From: Desulfobacteraceae bacterium
GTDB lineage: Bacteria > Desulfobacterota > Desulfobacteria > Desulfobacterales > SKZT01
Assembly (NCBI GenBank): GCA_011389745.1
Contig: JAABTQ010000001.1
Span: 16,497 to 80,496 of the forward strand
Reading direction: 5' to 3'
Length of the DNA: 64,000 nt
The translations under genes and the position numbers were made by a program. The notes beneath the pieces were generated by a model that did not search any database, was not told where the DNA came from, and was given only the letters and a program-made list of their open reading frames with translations. This document shows, one piece after another, positions 1 through 10,900 of the stretch (positions are counted from its first letter, which is position 1; each line of letters opens with the position of its first letter).

Positions 1-1
1 G

Positions 2-148
2 GACATGAAATCCGGCGAAATGGTAATCGTTGCAAAATTGATCGTGGATGTTTTAAAAAATCCGGGCGATGACCAACTTATCCATATAACCCGTAAAAAG
101 GTGATAGAACTTTGCATGGCATTCCCGCTTTATGCGGACTTGGATTGA
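2..148 (+). CDS. glyA: serine hydroxymethyltransferase, C-terminal end (5' part outside window)
   Basis: Frame 2 reads ...[44 protein letters not shown] and stops at TGA 146-148. The tail pattern (regulatory-loop helix, ...FPLY near the end) matches SHMT C-termini. This is only a 48-aa fragment. Confidence 0.5.
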   Translation, partial: DMKSGEMVIVAKLIVDVLKNPGDDQLIHITRKKVIELCMAFPLYADLD

Positions 149-638
149 ACATCTGAAAATGGAAACAAAATTGGATCGACCTTCCTGGGAAACTTATTTT
201 ATGGAAATAGCCTCGCTTGTGGCAAAACGTTCCACATGTATCCGTCGGGCTGTAGGCGCAATCCTGGTAAAAGACAAAAGGATCCTTGCCACCGGATACA
301 ACGGCGCCCCGTCAGGTATTCAACATTGTATTGATGCGGGATGCATGAGGGAACAACTTCATGTGGCTTCCGGACAGCGACATGAACTTTGCAGGGGGAT
401 TCATGCCGAACAAAACGCTATCATTCAAGCGGCCTATCATGGCGCCTCCATTAAAGGCGCCACTTTATTTTGCACCAACCTGCCATGCTCCATCTGCACC
501 AAAATGATTATCAATGCCGGAATAAAAAAAATCTATTATCAATCCGGTTATGCCGATGAATTAAGCACAAATTTGTTACAAGAAGCGCATATCGAGTGCC
601 TGAAATTCAAACCCGATGACCATGGAGAAGGATCATGA
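132..638 (+). CDS. dCMP (deoxycytidylate) deaminase, ComEB family
   Basis: 168-aa ORF with the cytidine/dCMP deaminase zinc motifs HAEQNAI and [16 protein letters not shown]. An alternative start at ATG 159 ([14 protein letters not shown]...) would avoid overlap with glyA. Confidence 0.85.
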   Translation: MRTWIEHLKMETKLDRPSWETYFMEIASLVAKRSTCIRRAVGAILVKDKRILATGYNGAPSGIQHCIDAGCMREQLHVASGQRHELCRGIHAEQNAIIQAAYHGASIKGATLFCTNLPCSICTKMIINAGIKKIYYQSGYADELSTNLLQEAHIECLKFKPDDHGEGS

Positions 639-1096
639 AATGTCCTTATTGCGGTGAGATAGACAACAAGGTTATGGATTCCAGACTTAGCAAAGATGGC
701 ACTGTCATTCGCAGGCGAAGGGAATGCATCGATTGCAACCGGCGATTTACAACCTACGAACATGTGGAAGAAATTCCCATCATGATTATTAAAAAGGATG
801 ACCGCCGGGAAGTTTTCAACCGTGAAAAGGTGCGCCAGGGAATGGCCAGAGCCTGCGAAAAACGAAATATCAGTGTGGAAATCATCGAGGAATTTATCGA
901 CAACCTGGAAAGAGACTTAAAGGAAATCGAAGATAAAGAAATCCCTTCCGCAATCGTTGGTGAAAAGATAATGGCCAAACTTCATGAACTCGATGACGTG
1001 GCCTATGTGCGTTTTGCTTCCGTATACCGTGAATTTAAAGATGTCAATGATTTCTTTTCGGAGCTTAAAAAACTTTTAAGTGAAGATAAAAATTAG
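635..1096 (+). CDS. nrdR: transcriptional repressor NrdR
   Basis: N-terminal zinc ribbon MKCPYCG...[12 protein letters not shown] followed by an ATP-cone. ATGA overlap with the upstream gene. Confidence 0.9.
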   Translation: MKCPYCGEIDNKVMDSRLSKDGTVIRRRRECIDCNRRFTTYEHVEEIPIMIIKKDDRREVFNREKVRQGMARACEKRNISVEIIEEFIDNLERDLKEIEDKEIPSAIVGEKIMAKLHELDDVAYVRFASVYREFKDVNDFFSELKKLLSEDKN

Positions 1097-1124
1097 GTCG
1101 AATCTAAACAATGGATCTGTGAAA

Positions 1125-2231
1125 ATGGCCAACAGCATTGACAAGTTTTTCATGAATATGGCCTTAGAACTGGCTGAGAGGGGCAAAGGATTTACATCCC
1201 CCAATCCCATGGTGGGAGCCGTGGTGGTACAAAACTCAGATGTGATTGGAACCGGATATCATAAATGTGCCGGGGGTCCTCATGCAGAAGTCAACGCTTT
1301 AAATGATGCCGGTGAATTGGCCAAAGGCGCTACCATTTATGTTACACTGGAACCTTGCAATCATACGGGCAGAACTCCTCCCTGTACCCAAAAAATCATG
1401 GATTCCGGCATTGCGCGTGTTGTTGTGGCCATGAAAGACCCCAACCCCGATGTTACCGGAGGGGGTATCGAGTTTTTACGTGAAAAAGGCATACAGGTGG
1501 ATGTGGGCATAGAGGAAACTCAAGCCGCACGCTTAAATGAGGTTTTTGCGAAATACATTCAAACCCAAAGACCTTTTGTCATTTTAAAGACAGCAGCCAC
1601 TCTGGACGGACGAATCGCCACCCGCACCGGAGATTCCAAATGGGTTACGGGGCCGTCGGCAAGAAATTTTGTCCACACTGTCCGTCATTCTGTAGATGGC
1701 ATCATGGTGGGTATCGGAACGGTTAAACAAGATAACCCCAGTTTAACAACCCGCATGGAAGGGCTTAAAACTAAAGACCCTATTAGAATTGTCCTGGATA
1801 CTCACCTGTCCATTTCTGAAAATGCCCGATTGTTAAACATCAAATCGGATGCCAAAACCTTGCTGGTAACCAAAAGAGATGCCCCGCTCGAGAAAAAACA
1901 CCGATTGGAAAAACAAGGTGTGACAATCATTGAATCCCAATTGAAAGGTCGATTTATAGACCTGGACGAATTAATGTATCGTTTAGGCGCAATGAAAATT
2001 ACAAGTCTGCTTATCGAAGGTGGAGGACGTGTGGCCGCATCGGCGCTGGCCTGCCGAATTGTGGACAAGATATTATTTTTCTATGCGCCGAAAATTCTGG
2101 GCGGTGATGACGGCGTGCCCATTTGTCAGGGACCAGGACCTGATCAGATGAGCGATTGCATTCACCTACGCGATATTTTGGTTCATCGATTTGATGATGA
2201 TATTATGATTGAGGGATATATAAGGAAATAA
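1125..2231 (+). CDS. ribD: bifunctional riboflavin biosynthesis protein RibD (pyrimidine deaminase / uracil reductase)
   Basis: Deaminase motifs HAEVNAL and PCNHTGRTPPC, followed by a reductase domain. I chose ATG 1125 (MANSIDKFFMNMALELA) rather than the ORF-track start 1080, which overlaps nrdR. Confidence 0.9.
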   Translation: MANSIDKFFMNMALELAERGKGFTSPNPMVGAVVVQNSDVIGTGYHKCAGGPHAEVNALNDAGELAKGATIYVTLEPCNHTGRTPPCTQKIMDSGIARVVVAMKDPNPDVTGGGIEFLREKGIQVDVGIEETQAARLNEVFAKYIQTQRPFVILKTAATLDGRIATRTGDSKWVTGPSARNFVHTVRHSVDGIMVGIGTVKQDNPSLTTRMEGLKTKDPIRIVLDTHLSISENARLLNIKSDAKTLLVTKRDAPLEKKHRLEKQGVTIIESQLKGRFIDLDELMYRLGAMKITSLLIEGGGRVAASALACRIVDKILFFYAPKILGGDDGVPICQGPGPDQMSDCIHLRDILVHRFDDDIMIEGYIRK

Positions 2232-2236
2232 GGGAA

Positions 2237-2908
2237 ATGTTTACGGGAATCATAGAAGGCTTGGGCAACATTTACGCCTTACAACCATCAGGGGAAGGTA
2301 AAAAGCTGACCATTGAGGCTGACTTTGTTCTGGAGGGAGCAAAGGAGGGGGATAGTATTTCGGTAAGCGGCGCTTGTTTGACAGCAGTAGCTATCAGCGA
2401 CAGAAGGTTCACGGTGGATGTTTCCCCGGAGACATTGGCCCGTTCGACTTTCGCACAGGCAAAAACAGGAGACCGGGTTAATATTGAGCGTGCCATGCGC
2501 CTGTCGGATCGACTCGACGGACATCTGGTATCCGGACATATCGATGGTGTCGGTACGATTGTTCACCGGAAAATAAAGTCAAATGCTATCCTGATTACAA
2601 TTGGTGCCCCGGAATCTCTTTGCAGGTTCATGATTGAAAAGGGTTCCGTTGCAGTGGACGGTATCAGCCTGACAATCAACGGATGCACGCAAAACAGCTT
2701 TGAAATAAGTATTATTCCCTATACGTCAAAATTGACAACTATCGGCCTTAAAAATATTGGAACCTATGTGAATATTGAAACCGATATGATCGGAAAATAT
2801 GTCGAAAAATTTTTATCCGGCAGGCAAAACAATGATAAAGACTTTCGAAAATCTGATATCAGCAAGGATTTTCTTGCCAAAGCCGGTTTCTTAAATACAC
2901 AATATTAA
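2237..2908 (+). CDS. ribE: riboflavin synthase
   Basis: [11 protein letters not shown]-terminus and internally duplicated lumazine-binding halves (SVSGACLT / AVDGISLT). Confidence 0.9.
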   Translation: MFTGIIEGLGNIYALQPSGEGKKLTIEADFVLEGAKEGDSISVSGACLTAVAISDRRFTVDVSPETLARSTFAQAKTGDRVNIERAMRLSDRLDGHLVSGHIDGVGTIVHRKIKSNAILITIGAPESLCRFMIEKGSVAVDGISLTINGCTQNSFEISIIPYTSKLTTIGLKNIGTYVNIETDMIGKYVEKFLSGRQNNDKDFRKSDISKDFLAKAGFLNTQY

Positions 2909-2932
2909 ACAACAAAGGAGTTAGAAAAAAAT

Positions 2933-4147
2933 ATGCCGCTTTTAACGATCGAAGAGGCGATTCGGGAAATAAGACTCGGCCGGATGGTTATTCTTGTGGA
3001 TGATGAAGACCGGGAAAATGAAGGTGACCTGTGCATGGCAGCCGAAAAAGTCACACCCGAGTCCATCAATTTTATGGCAAAATACGGACGGGGACTCATT
3101 TGTCTTTCACTAACCGAGGAAAAAATAAAGGCGTTGGATCTTCCTATGATGGTAGATGATAATACGTCTCCCTTTAAAACAGGATTTACTGTGTCAATCG
3201 AGGCTCGAAAAGGTGTGACCACCGGCATTTCAGCTTTCGACCGGGCGACCACCATATTGACCGCAGTAGCTGATAATGCCAAACCCCATGACCTGGTTCG
3301 CCCCGGACATGTTTTTCCGTTGCGGGCCAAAAAAGGGGGGGTGATGGTGCGAAGCGGCCAGACCGAGGGTTCAGTCGATTTGGCACGTCTGGCAGGACTC
3401 AAACCTTCGGCAGTGATTTGTGAAATCATGGATGAAGACGGCAGCATGGCCAGAATGCCTGCATTGGAAAAAATCAGGGAGGAACATGGTGTTGGTATCT
3501 GTACCATTGCCGATTTGATTGAATATCGAATGAGGACCGAGTCTTTTGTGCACCGTGCCGTTGAGGCAGTGGTTCCCACCGCTCATACCGGAATGTTCAA
3601 GGCTGTTGTTTATGAAAACGATGTTGAAAATCTTCAGCATGTGGCCCTGATCAAGGGGGATATCGACCCATCCAAACCGGTTCTTGTCCGTGTCCATTCG
3701 GAATGCATCACAGGTGATATTTTCGGATCTTTAAGATGTGATTGTGGTGAACAACTTCGCAAAGCCATGGAGATGATCGATAAAGAGGGTTGTGGCGTAC
3801 TCCTTTACATCCGTCAGGAAGGTCGGGGAATTGGTTTGCTCAACAAGCTCAAAGCCTACAATTTACAGGATAAGGGAATGGATCCATTTGAGGCCGGCAC
3901 CGACGCAGGCTTTATGCCGGATCTCAGACATTACGGCATAGGGGCCCAGGTGCTTGTTAACCTAGGTGTTAAAAAAATGAAAGTTTTGACCAACAATCCC
4001 AAAAAGATGGTGGGACTCCAAGGTTATGGTCTCGAGGTTGTGGAACAGGTCCCCATAGAAGTGGAACCTAACGAGTTTAATCGTTGTTATCTGGAATGTA
4101 AAAAACTGAAAATGGGACACTTGCTCAATATTGATGCGAATCCCTGA
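2933..4147 (+). CDS. ribBA: bifunctional 3,4-dihydroxy-2-butanone-4-phosphate synthase / GTP cyclohydrolase II
   Basis: DHBPS motifs [10 protein letters not shown] and RAGHTEG-like ([11 protein letters not shown]), followed by the GCHII zinc site HSECITGD...CDCG. Confidence 0.9.
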   Translation: MPLLTIEEAIREIRLGRMVILVDDEDRENEGDLCMAAEKVTPESINFMAKYGRGLICLSLTEEKIKALDLPMMVDDNTSPFKTGFTVSIEARKGVTTGISAFDRATTILTAVADNAKPHDLVRPGHVFPLRAKKGGVMVRSGQTEGSVDLARLAGLKPSAVICEIMDEDGSMARMPALEKIREEHGVGICTIADLIEYRMRTESFVHRAVEAVVPTAHTGMFKAVVYENDVENLQHVALIKGDIDPSKPVLVRVHSECITGDIFGSLRCDCGEQLRKAMEMIDKEGCGVLLYIRQEGRGIGLLNKLKAYNLQDKGMDPFEAGTDAGFMPDLRHYGIGAQVLVNLGVKKMKVLTNNPKKMVGLQGYGLEVVEQVPIEVEPNEFNRCYLECKKLKMGHLLNIDANP

Positions 4148-4229
4148 TGTTAAAATTTGAAATGAAAAAAAGATTTACATCAAACCATTATTATCGTATT
4201 CAATAAAATTTTGCCGGGAGGTATTTTTT

Positions 4230-4706
4230 ATGGCTAAAACTATAGAAGGAAACCTGATTGCAGAAGGAAAAAAATTTGCAATCGTAGTAGCCCGTTTTAA
4301 CGATTTTATCGGGGACAGGCTTACGGGCGGAGCCTTGGATGCCCTCACGCGATGCGGTGCCAGATCAGAAGATATCGATTTGGTTAAGGTGCCGGGCGCT
4401 TTTGAAATTCCTCTCATTGCCAAAAAAATGGCGATGGTAAAGAAATATAATGCCGTCATCTGTCTCGGAGCAGTCATAAGGGGTGCAACATCCCATTTCG
4501 ATTATGTGAGTGCGGAAGTTTCTAAAGGAATCGCCCAGGTTAGTATTGAGTCTGAAATCCCCGTCATTTTCGGGGTTCTCACCACCGATACCATTGAACA
4601 AGCCATCGAAAGAGCCGGCACAAAGGCAGGCAACAAAGGTTGGGATGCCGCCATGGCGGCTGTAGAAATGGCAAACTTGATGGAGATGGTCGTTCAGGCC
4701 AATTAG
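4230..4706 (+). CDS. ribH: 6,7-dimethyl-8-ribityllumazine synthase
   Basis: 158 aa with [31 protein letters not shown] and [10 protein letters not shown], all typical RibH blocks. Confidence 0.9.
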   Translation: MAKTIEGNLIAEGKKFAIVVARFNDFIGDRLTGGALDALTRCGARSEDIDLVKVPGAFEIPLIAKKMAMVKKYNAVICLGAVIRGATSHFDYVSAEVSKGIAQVSIESEIPVIFGVLTTDTIEQAIERAGTKAGNKGWDAAMAAVEMANLMEMVVQAN

Positions 4707-4707
4707 A

Positions 4708-5169
4708 ATGGGAAATCGTCGCAAGGCACGGGAAATGTCCATGCAGGCTCTTTTTTTTATGGACATCAGCAAAGATGTTTCGGTTTCACAACTAGACCTT
4801 TTTTGCCGATGCTATCAACCGTCGAAAAATATCGATTTTTTTTTCCAGCAGCTGACCAGGGGAATCCTTGAACGGTGGCCCTACATTAATGATGTCATTG
4901 AAAGGTTTTCCAGTAACTGGAAAATTAACCGTATGGCCTGTGTTGACCGGAATATTATCAGAATTGCCGTATATGAAATTCTTTTTTGCGAGGACATTCC
5001 TCCTAGAGTAGCCATTAATGAAGCTATCGATATCGGTAAAAAATACGGGACGGATGGATCCGGAGCATTTATTAACGGCATTTTAGACAGCATTCACACA
5101 GCAATGACAAAAGGGGAAATCAACATCAAACCTATTTCTTTTCAGACCAATGAAAAAAACAGTAATTAA
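4708..5169 (+). CDS. nusB: transcription antitermination factor NusB
   Basis: RRKAREMSMQALF start and INEAIDIGKKYG block. It sits directly after ribH, as in many bacteria. Confidence 0.85.
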   Translation: MGNRRKAREMSMQALFFMDISKDVSVSQLDLFCRCYQPSKNIDFFFQQLTRGILERWPYINDVIERFSSNWKINRMACVDRNIIRIAVYEILFCEDIPPRVAINEAIDIGKKYGTDGSGAFINGILDSIHTAMTKGEINIKPISFQTNEKNSN

Positions 5170-5178
5170 GGAGGAGTC

Positions 5179-6555
5179 ATGCAGGTCAGAAATATTCTTT
5201 TAAAGCAGGATGAAATGCCTCGCCAGTGGTATAACATCCTTGCAGACATCAAACTGAATCCACCTCTGGGGCCGGATGGTAACCCTGTTAAACCCGAAGA
5301 CCTGGCACCGGTTTTCCCAATGAATCTCATCGAGCAAGAGGTCAGCTCAGAACGCTGGATCGATATTCCCGAAGAGGTTTTAAACATTTATGCCATCTGG
5401 CGTCCATCTCCTCTGGTCAGGGCATACGGTCTTGAGAAAGCTCTCGGAACTCCCGCTAAAATTTACTATAAAAATGAAAGTGTCAGCCCCCCGGGTAGTC
5501 ACAAACCTAACACATCCGTACCTCAGGCTTATTACAACAAGGTTTTTGGTATCAAAAAAATTACCACTGAAACCGGGGCCGGCCAGTGGGGAAGCGCGCT
5601 TTCTTTTGCCTGCGCTCAGTTCGGCATTGAATGTAAAGTATTTATGGTTCGGGTTAGTTTCGATCAGAAACCATACCGCAAATCAATGATGGAAATGTGG
5701 GGCGGAAAATGTGTGGCAAGTCCGAGTACCGAGACCAAAGCGGGTCGGGATGCTTTAGCCCGAGATCCGGATACTCCCGGAAGCCTTGGCATTGCCATCA
5801 GTGAAGCCATTGAAGCAGCGGTCTCGGATCAGACCGGACAAACCCGCTATTCCCTCGGAAGCGTTTTAAACCATGTAATGCTCCATCAGACAATTATCGG
5901 ACTTGAAGCGAAAAAACAACTGGAAATGGTTGGTGACTATCCGGATATCATCATCGGATGCGCCGGCGGCGGAAGCAATTTCGCAGGGCTTGCGTTTCCC
6001 TTTGTGCTTGATAAAATGAACGGAAAACAAATCGAGATCTATCCGGTGGAACCTGCGGCCTGTCCTACCTTAACTCGCGCACCCTTTGTGTACGATCATG
6101 GTGATACCGCCGGATACACCCCGTTGCTTCCAATGCATAGCCTTGGGCATGCGTTTGTTCCTCCCCCAATCCACACAGGAGGACTTCGTTACCATGGCAT
6201 GAGCCCAACCGTCAGTCAGTTGGTGGCGGAAGGACTTTTCGAACCCAAATCTGTAAGCCAACTGGATGCCCTTAAAACAGGTATTACCGTCGCCAGGACG
6301 GAGGGAATCATACCTGCTCCCGAAACTACCCATGCCCTGGCCTATGTTATCCAGGAGGCCGAAAAAGCCAAACAGGAAAGCAAGGAAAAAGTGATTTTGT
6401 TCAACTGGAGCGGGCACGGACTTCTAGACCTAGGTTCTTATGATAAATATTTTACGGGTTCGCTTGAAAATTACATACTATCCGATGATGTGCTTGCGGA
6501 ATCGGAAAAAATATTTGCAAATTATCCTAAACCGCAATTGCTAAAAAGCCGTTAA
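5179..6555 (+). CDS. TrpB-like PLP-dependent enzyme (type-2 tryptophan synthase beta, TrpB2 family)
   Basis: 458 aa. Long TrpB2-type N-terminal extension (PRQWYNI...), a PLP-lysine region [13 protein letters not shown], and [11 protein letters not shown]. No other trp genes are nearby. Confidence 0.75.
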   Translation: MQVRNILLKQDEMPRQWYNILADIKLNPPLGPDGNPVKPEDLAPVFPMNLIEQEVSSERWIDIPEEVLNIYAIWRPSPLVRAYGLEKALGTPAKIYYKNESVSPPGSHKPNTSVPQAYYNKVFGIKKITTETGAGQWGSALSFACAQFGIECKVFMVRVSFDQKPYRKSMMEMWGGKCVASPSTETKAGRDALARDPDTPGSLGIAISEAIEAAVSDQTGQTRYSLGSVLNHVMLHQTIIGLEAKKQLEMVGDYPDIIIGCAGGGSNFAGLAFPFVLDKMNGKQIEIYPVEPAACPTLTRAPFVYDHGDTAGYTPLLPMHSLGHAFVPPPIHTGGLRYHGMSPTVSQLVAEGLFEPKSVSQLDALKTGITVARTEGIIPAPETTHALAYVIQEAEKAKQESKEKVILFNWSGHGLLDLGSYDKYFTGSLENYILSDDVLAESEKIFANYPKPQLLKSR

Positions 6556-6569
6556 AAAATCAGTATCAC

Positions 6570-6839
6570 ATGAAAAAAAAACCTGATCAACTCCAGCGCC
6601 GTTGCCCGAGACTGGGAGGACCTGTTGAATTTTCTTATTGCAGGACCTGCGAAATTCAAAACCAGCCGTGTTTTAAAATTTTTGACTGCTGGTGGGAATT
6701 TTTCGATGTCGTCACTTATATGAAAGAACACCTGCCCGAGGAGCAATTTAATAAGCTGGCTCAAAAAAAGACCAAACCAAAAGTCGTAAGCATTGTAGAA
6801 ATGATTCGTGAAATTCAACAATGCGGGAGAAATAAATAA
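6570..6839 (+). CDS. small Cys-rich hypothetical protein
   Basis: 89-aa ORF with spaced cysteines (CPRLGG...YCRTC...PCFKIFDCWW). No family recognised. The antisense ORF 6552-6848 competes for the same DNA. Confidence 0.4.
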   Translation: MKKKPDQLQRRCPRLGGPVEFSYCRTCEIQNQPCFKIFDCWWEFFDVVTYMKEHLPEEQFNKLAQKKTKPKVVSIVEMIREIQQCGRNK

Positions 6840-6895
6840 AAGCGTCACTAGGAGTCTTCAGTTCAGACCCTTAACATATTGAATAGGAGGTACAA

Positions 6896-7522
6896 TTGAT
6901 TATTGAATTTATGCCGGTCGGACCAATCATGGCCAACTGTTATATTGTCGGATGTAAAGAAACCCATGAAGCTATAGTTATTGACCCGGGTGATGATGCC
7001 GACATGATTTTGTCGAAACTGGCTGAGTTGAAGCTTAAAGTCAAATATATTATCAATACTCACGGCCATTTCGACCATGTAGGCGCCAACAGGAAAATGA
7101 AAGAAGCCACCGGAGCAGAGGTTTTAATTCATGCAGATGATGCTCCCATGCTTGGTTTCCTCTCACAGGCCGCAGCATCTTTCGGTTTAAATTCTGAAAA
7201 CTCCCCTCCCCCGGATAAAACAATCGATGATGGAGACATCATCACATTTGGAAAAATCTCTTTGAAAGTAATCCATACCCCCGGACATTCACCCGGTGGC
7301 ATTTCACTTTATACCGACGGATACCTGTTTGTGGGAGACACGCTCTTTCAAGGTTCCATCGGCAGAACGGATCTTCCCGGAGGAAATTTCAATACCTTAA
7401 AATCGAGTATCCAGGATAAATTGTTTCCTCTGGGTGATAATACTCGAGTGTTTACCGGACATGGTCCGGAAACCTCCATAGGGAAAGAAAAACGATACAA
7501 CCCGTTTGTCGGGATTGGTTAA
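6896..7522 (+). CDS. MBL-fold metallo-hydrolase (glyoxalase II-like)
   Basis: HGHFDHVG motif, later HTPGHSPG and TGHG. AGGAGG lies 6 nt upstream of the TTG start at 6896. Confidence 0.8.
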   Translation: MIIEFMPVGPIMANCYIVGCKETHEAIVIDPGDDADMILSKLAELKLKVKYIINTHGHFDHVGANRKMKEATGAEVLIHADDAPMLGFLSQAAASFGLNSENSPPPDKTIDDGDIITFGKISLKVIHTPGHSPGGISLYTDGYLFVGDTLFQGSIGRTDLPGGNFNTLKSSIQDKLFPLGDNTRVFTGHGPETSIGKEKRYNPFVGIG

Positions 7523-7551
7523 AATAGTTCTTTATTTAATCCGGAATTGAC

Positions 7552-7959
7552 ATGGAAAAAGAATCTAAACTAAATGACATTTTCTCAAAAGACGTGCTGA
7601 GGAAAATTTTTCCGAATGAGAAGGCAGACCAGTTTTTTGAGCTGCTATATGGCGATGCAGATGAAGGGGCCTATGATATCGAGTTATCCTATAATGGGTA
7701 TTCTTCAGGGCAACTGGAATTTATATTTAATCTGATACGCAGGCCGGGAAAATGCCTGGCCTGCAACCTGACTTACGGACTTCCTAATGTTTTTTCACGT
7801 CATCCAACCCTTGATATCGAGGGTCTGGTTCAAAATTTCCGCAAAATCATGGACGGAACATCTGAAATCACTCATTGGCAACTGGGTGATACCCGGGAAA
7901 TCTCCCGGGATCTGCACATCATTCCCCTGAGAGTATTTGTTCGGGAAAATCGTCAATGA
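7552..7959 (+). CDS. hypothetical protein
   Basis: 135-aa ORF with coding-like composition and no competing ORF. No motif recognised. Confidence 0.45.
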   Translation: MEKESKLNDIFSKDVLRKIFPNEKADQFFELLYGDADEGAYDIELSYNGYSSGQLEFIFNLIRRPGKCLACNLTYGLPNVFSRHPTLDIEGLVQNFRKIMDGTSEITHWQLGDTREISRDLHIIPLRVFVRENRQ

Positions 7960-7963
7960 ATTT

Positions 7964-10900
7964 TTAAGACCTGGCTTTTATCATTTTTTTATGAAGCCTT
8001 TGAGCGCGGAGACAAAATGTCTCCAGTTTAGCATTAATTAACTGCGGAAAGGGCGATCCATCGCTTTCAATTGCCAGAAAAGGCAACTGCTCAACCTCGG
8101 TCAGCAAGGCTTTTAACGGTTGATTTTTCGGGTCTGATGCCAGTTTATTATCACGGTCCATGATTTCGGTTAAAATGGATTCCGACATGCGATTGGGCAT
8201 ACACCCGAAAGGTCCGATGGCTATCACACCACAAGCATGGGATGCCACTTCGGACAGGGAACTTCCCACTGTTAAAATCGCCTCTCCTGTCAGATGCTCT
8301 GAAATATAAGGTTTTGCAGTTTTGACAATCGATTTGACATTAAAGGGTTCCGCATGGACCAGGCCGGATGCTGAAAGGGCCCGTTTGAGCCTTCGCTCAT
8401 ACCCCACCACGAACAACCTTTTAATATAAAATTTGAGACGTTTTTTTAGTGTCAGCCGGCCTTCACTTAACCCCTTATCCAAAAGAAAATCACAATAATG
8501 TACCCATTCGGCTATGGGTGAGCAAATTGTGGCAAATCCCTTTTCGGCCAGTTTTTCCGTCAGGTTCTGGCGGGAAAGGCTATCCCTGCGCACATAAATT
8601 TCACCTGTTATAGCAACAATCGGGACTTGTTCCGATGGAAGTTTTAAACGAATTTTACGAAGATTTTCACTGGTTTTAACTGCCTGATTTTCAAGACTCT
8701 TAAAATCTCCTTTCTCAAGCTCATGAAGAATCTTGTTCCATTCCTGCTCGAAAATACGAATTCCTTGTTCAGTATCCGATGCATTGGCCAGGATCATGGA
8801 ACGAATATCTTCCATTACATCCGATACGATAACAGCCCACCATGCACGCTTTTCGAAGTGCTTGTCCATGCCCTCGTATGAATCTTCCGATGACAACGCG
8901 AACATAGCTACATCAGAAATTTTCAGCCTCTTGAGCAGGTCTTCCATAAAAATATAATACTGTCCGAAACGGCAGGGTCCGGAACCCGTAGCCATAAAAT
9001 AGACAACTACTTCATCGGGACGCTTTTTGTTGCGAATATAATTTAAAAGTGATCCGGTGGTTAAAATCAGCGGCAGACACTCTTTGCAGGATGTATTTGC
9101 ACGCCCTATCTTTAAGATAGATTCATCCGCGGGAGGAAGGGCTACCGCCTGAACACCCGACTGGCAAAATACAGCAGCCAGGGCTTCCGTTCCCAATCTG
9201 CCCATAGAGGGAATAAGAAGGGTGACCCGCGGGTGGTTCAGCCGAAGCATTTCTCCCGAAGATGTCATCACCCTGACATTTCCCTGATCAACCTGAACAT
9301 TGGCCGGCCTGAAAGATTCTTTTTTCTCAGCAATGATCTTTTGTGATGTCAATTGGCGGTAAGCCAAAACAATATCCAGGAAAGCTTCAATTCTCGTTTC
9401 CAAACCGGCATCAGCGGTATGGCTGTCAAGTTCAAGAGTCAAGGATGGTTTCCGTCCCATGAGTTCCCTGAAATAACCCAAAAGAAAGGAATCCGGCCCA
9501 CACGAAAAGTTGGTGATATAAGTGCCGAAAAGCCGCGGATTTTCCTTAACCACCCTGGCAGCCATCATAATTAACTGTCCCATACCCCAATACATGTGTC
9601 TGCGGGCCTTTACACCTTCGACTGGTAAAAAATCCATGGGAATAACCATCACACCACGTGAAGCCAACTTTCGGGGAATCCCCATATGGGCTTCTTCCAC
9701 AAAACCGCTGTATGGCCTGGAAAAGATTACTACACCAATTTTTTGCGGGTCATTTTTCAGGGCCTCCAAGGATAGTTTTCCAATCGCTTTCATTTCTTCA
9801 ATGCAGGCATTCTGCTTTTCAAGGGCTTTGGAAAATGCTTTTTCAGCGTCAATTCGACTTTCTCCGGCGGTAACAACCATGTCGACCATGGGATTTTTGG
9901 CTGCTTCCAACCCCTGCGTCAAATCAAGTACCGGTGTAAAAAGTTGTATACCGCGTGTTTTCAACTGATCAATACTTTCACGGTAGGTCGCTTGCAGATA
10001 GTAAGTTTCTCCCTGAACAAAAGGGCACACCAATGAGCTGACATTTCCGTTTAACTGAGGAACTGCTTTAAAATGGGGCATAAATAAAAAGTCCGGCGGA
10101 TTTTCCATCCGGATAAGGGAATAAAAGAAACCATGGGCCAGTTCCACGGGAAAACAAAACGCTGCATTTCTCTGATCAATACCCTCCCGGGAAGGATCAT
10201 CCGGGATAATTGATTGCCATCCCAGTTCGTCAAAAAAAGTCGAATAAAGCGGATAATAGGTGTTAACGAGAAAACTACGATTGATACCGATTCTTTTTTT
10301 GTAAGGTTTTTCGGCAATTTTGTGTGGATCAATGCCGTATTTTTGGTAAACCAGTCTTTGACGAACACTGACCAGATCCAGCGAATTGACATCATATTTG
10401 ACATTATGCCGGAGATTATAGTATCGGTTGCAAGCACCACCAAAGGGATATTTTTTACCCTCTACATGAATTACGGCAACCTCGCACCGACGATCACATT
10501 TTTCTTTTCCTCCGCCGCAGATAAATGATTTCCCGTACCCAACTTCACGATTGGCCAGGACTTCAAGATCAAATTTATTTTTCTCCATTAATCCCTGGTC
10601 GATTCGATTTTTTACTTCCAGGGCTACACCGTAAGCGCCCATCAATCCCGGTTCCGGTGGTACGATTATGGGTTTATCCACGAGAGCGGCCATAGCATAA
10701 GGAACCGCCCTGTTGTAACATACCCCGCCCTGCATAAAGACCTTTTCCCCTACCGGACGGTTTCCTTTCACACGGTTGGAATAATTCATGCAAATGGAAT
10801 ATACAAGACCTGCTACGATATCCTCATGGCCAACACCTTCGTGAATGGCGTTTTTAATGTCTGATGCAATAAAGGCTGCACACTGGTCATTGAAATTCGG

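Noticed and set aside
1097-1124. FMN riboswitch upstream of the rib operon
   Set aside because: ribD follows nrdR with only about 28 nt of spacer, and the other rib spacers are at most 82 nt (ribBA to ribH). There is no room for the roughly 140-nt FMN aptamer, and no conserved aptamer motifs were seen.
2905-3579. 224-aa antisense ORF within ribBA, and similar antisense ORFs across the rib, hyp, etf, rimO and cytochrome genes
   Set aside because: Each lies opposite a gene with clear family motifs, and none shows recognisable motifs of its own.
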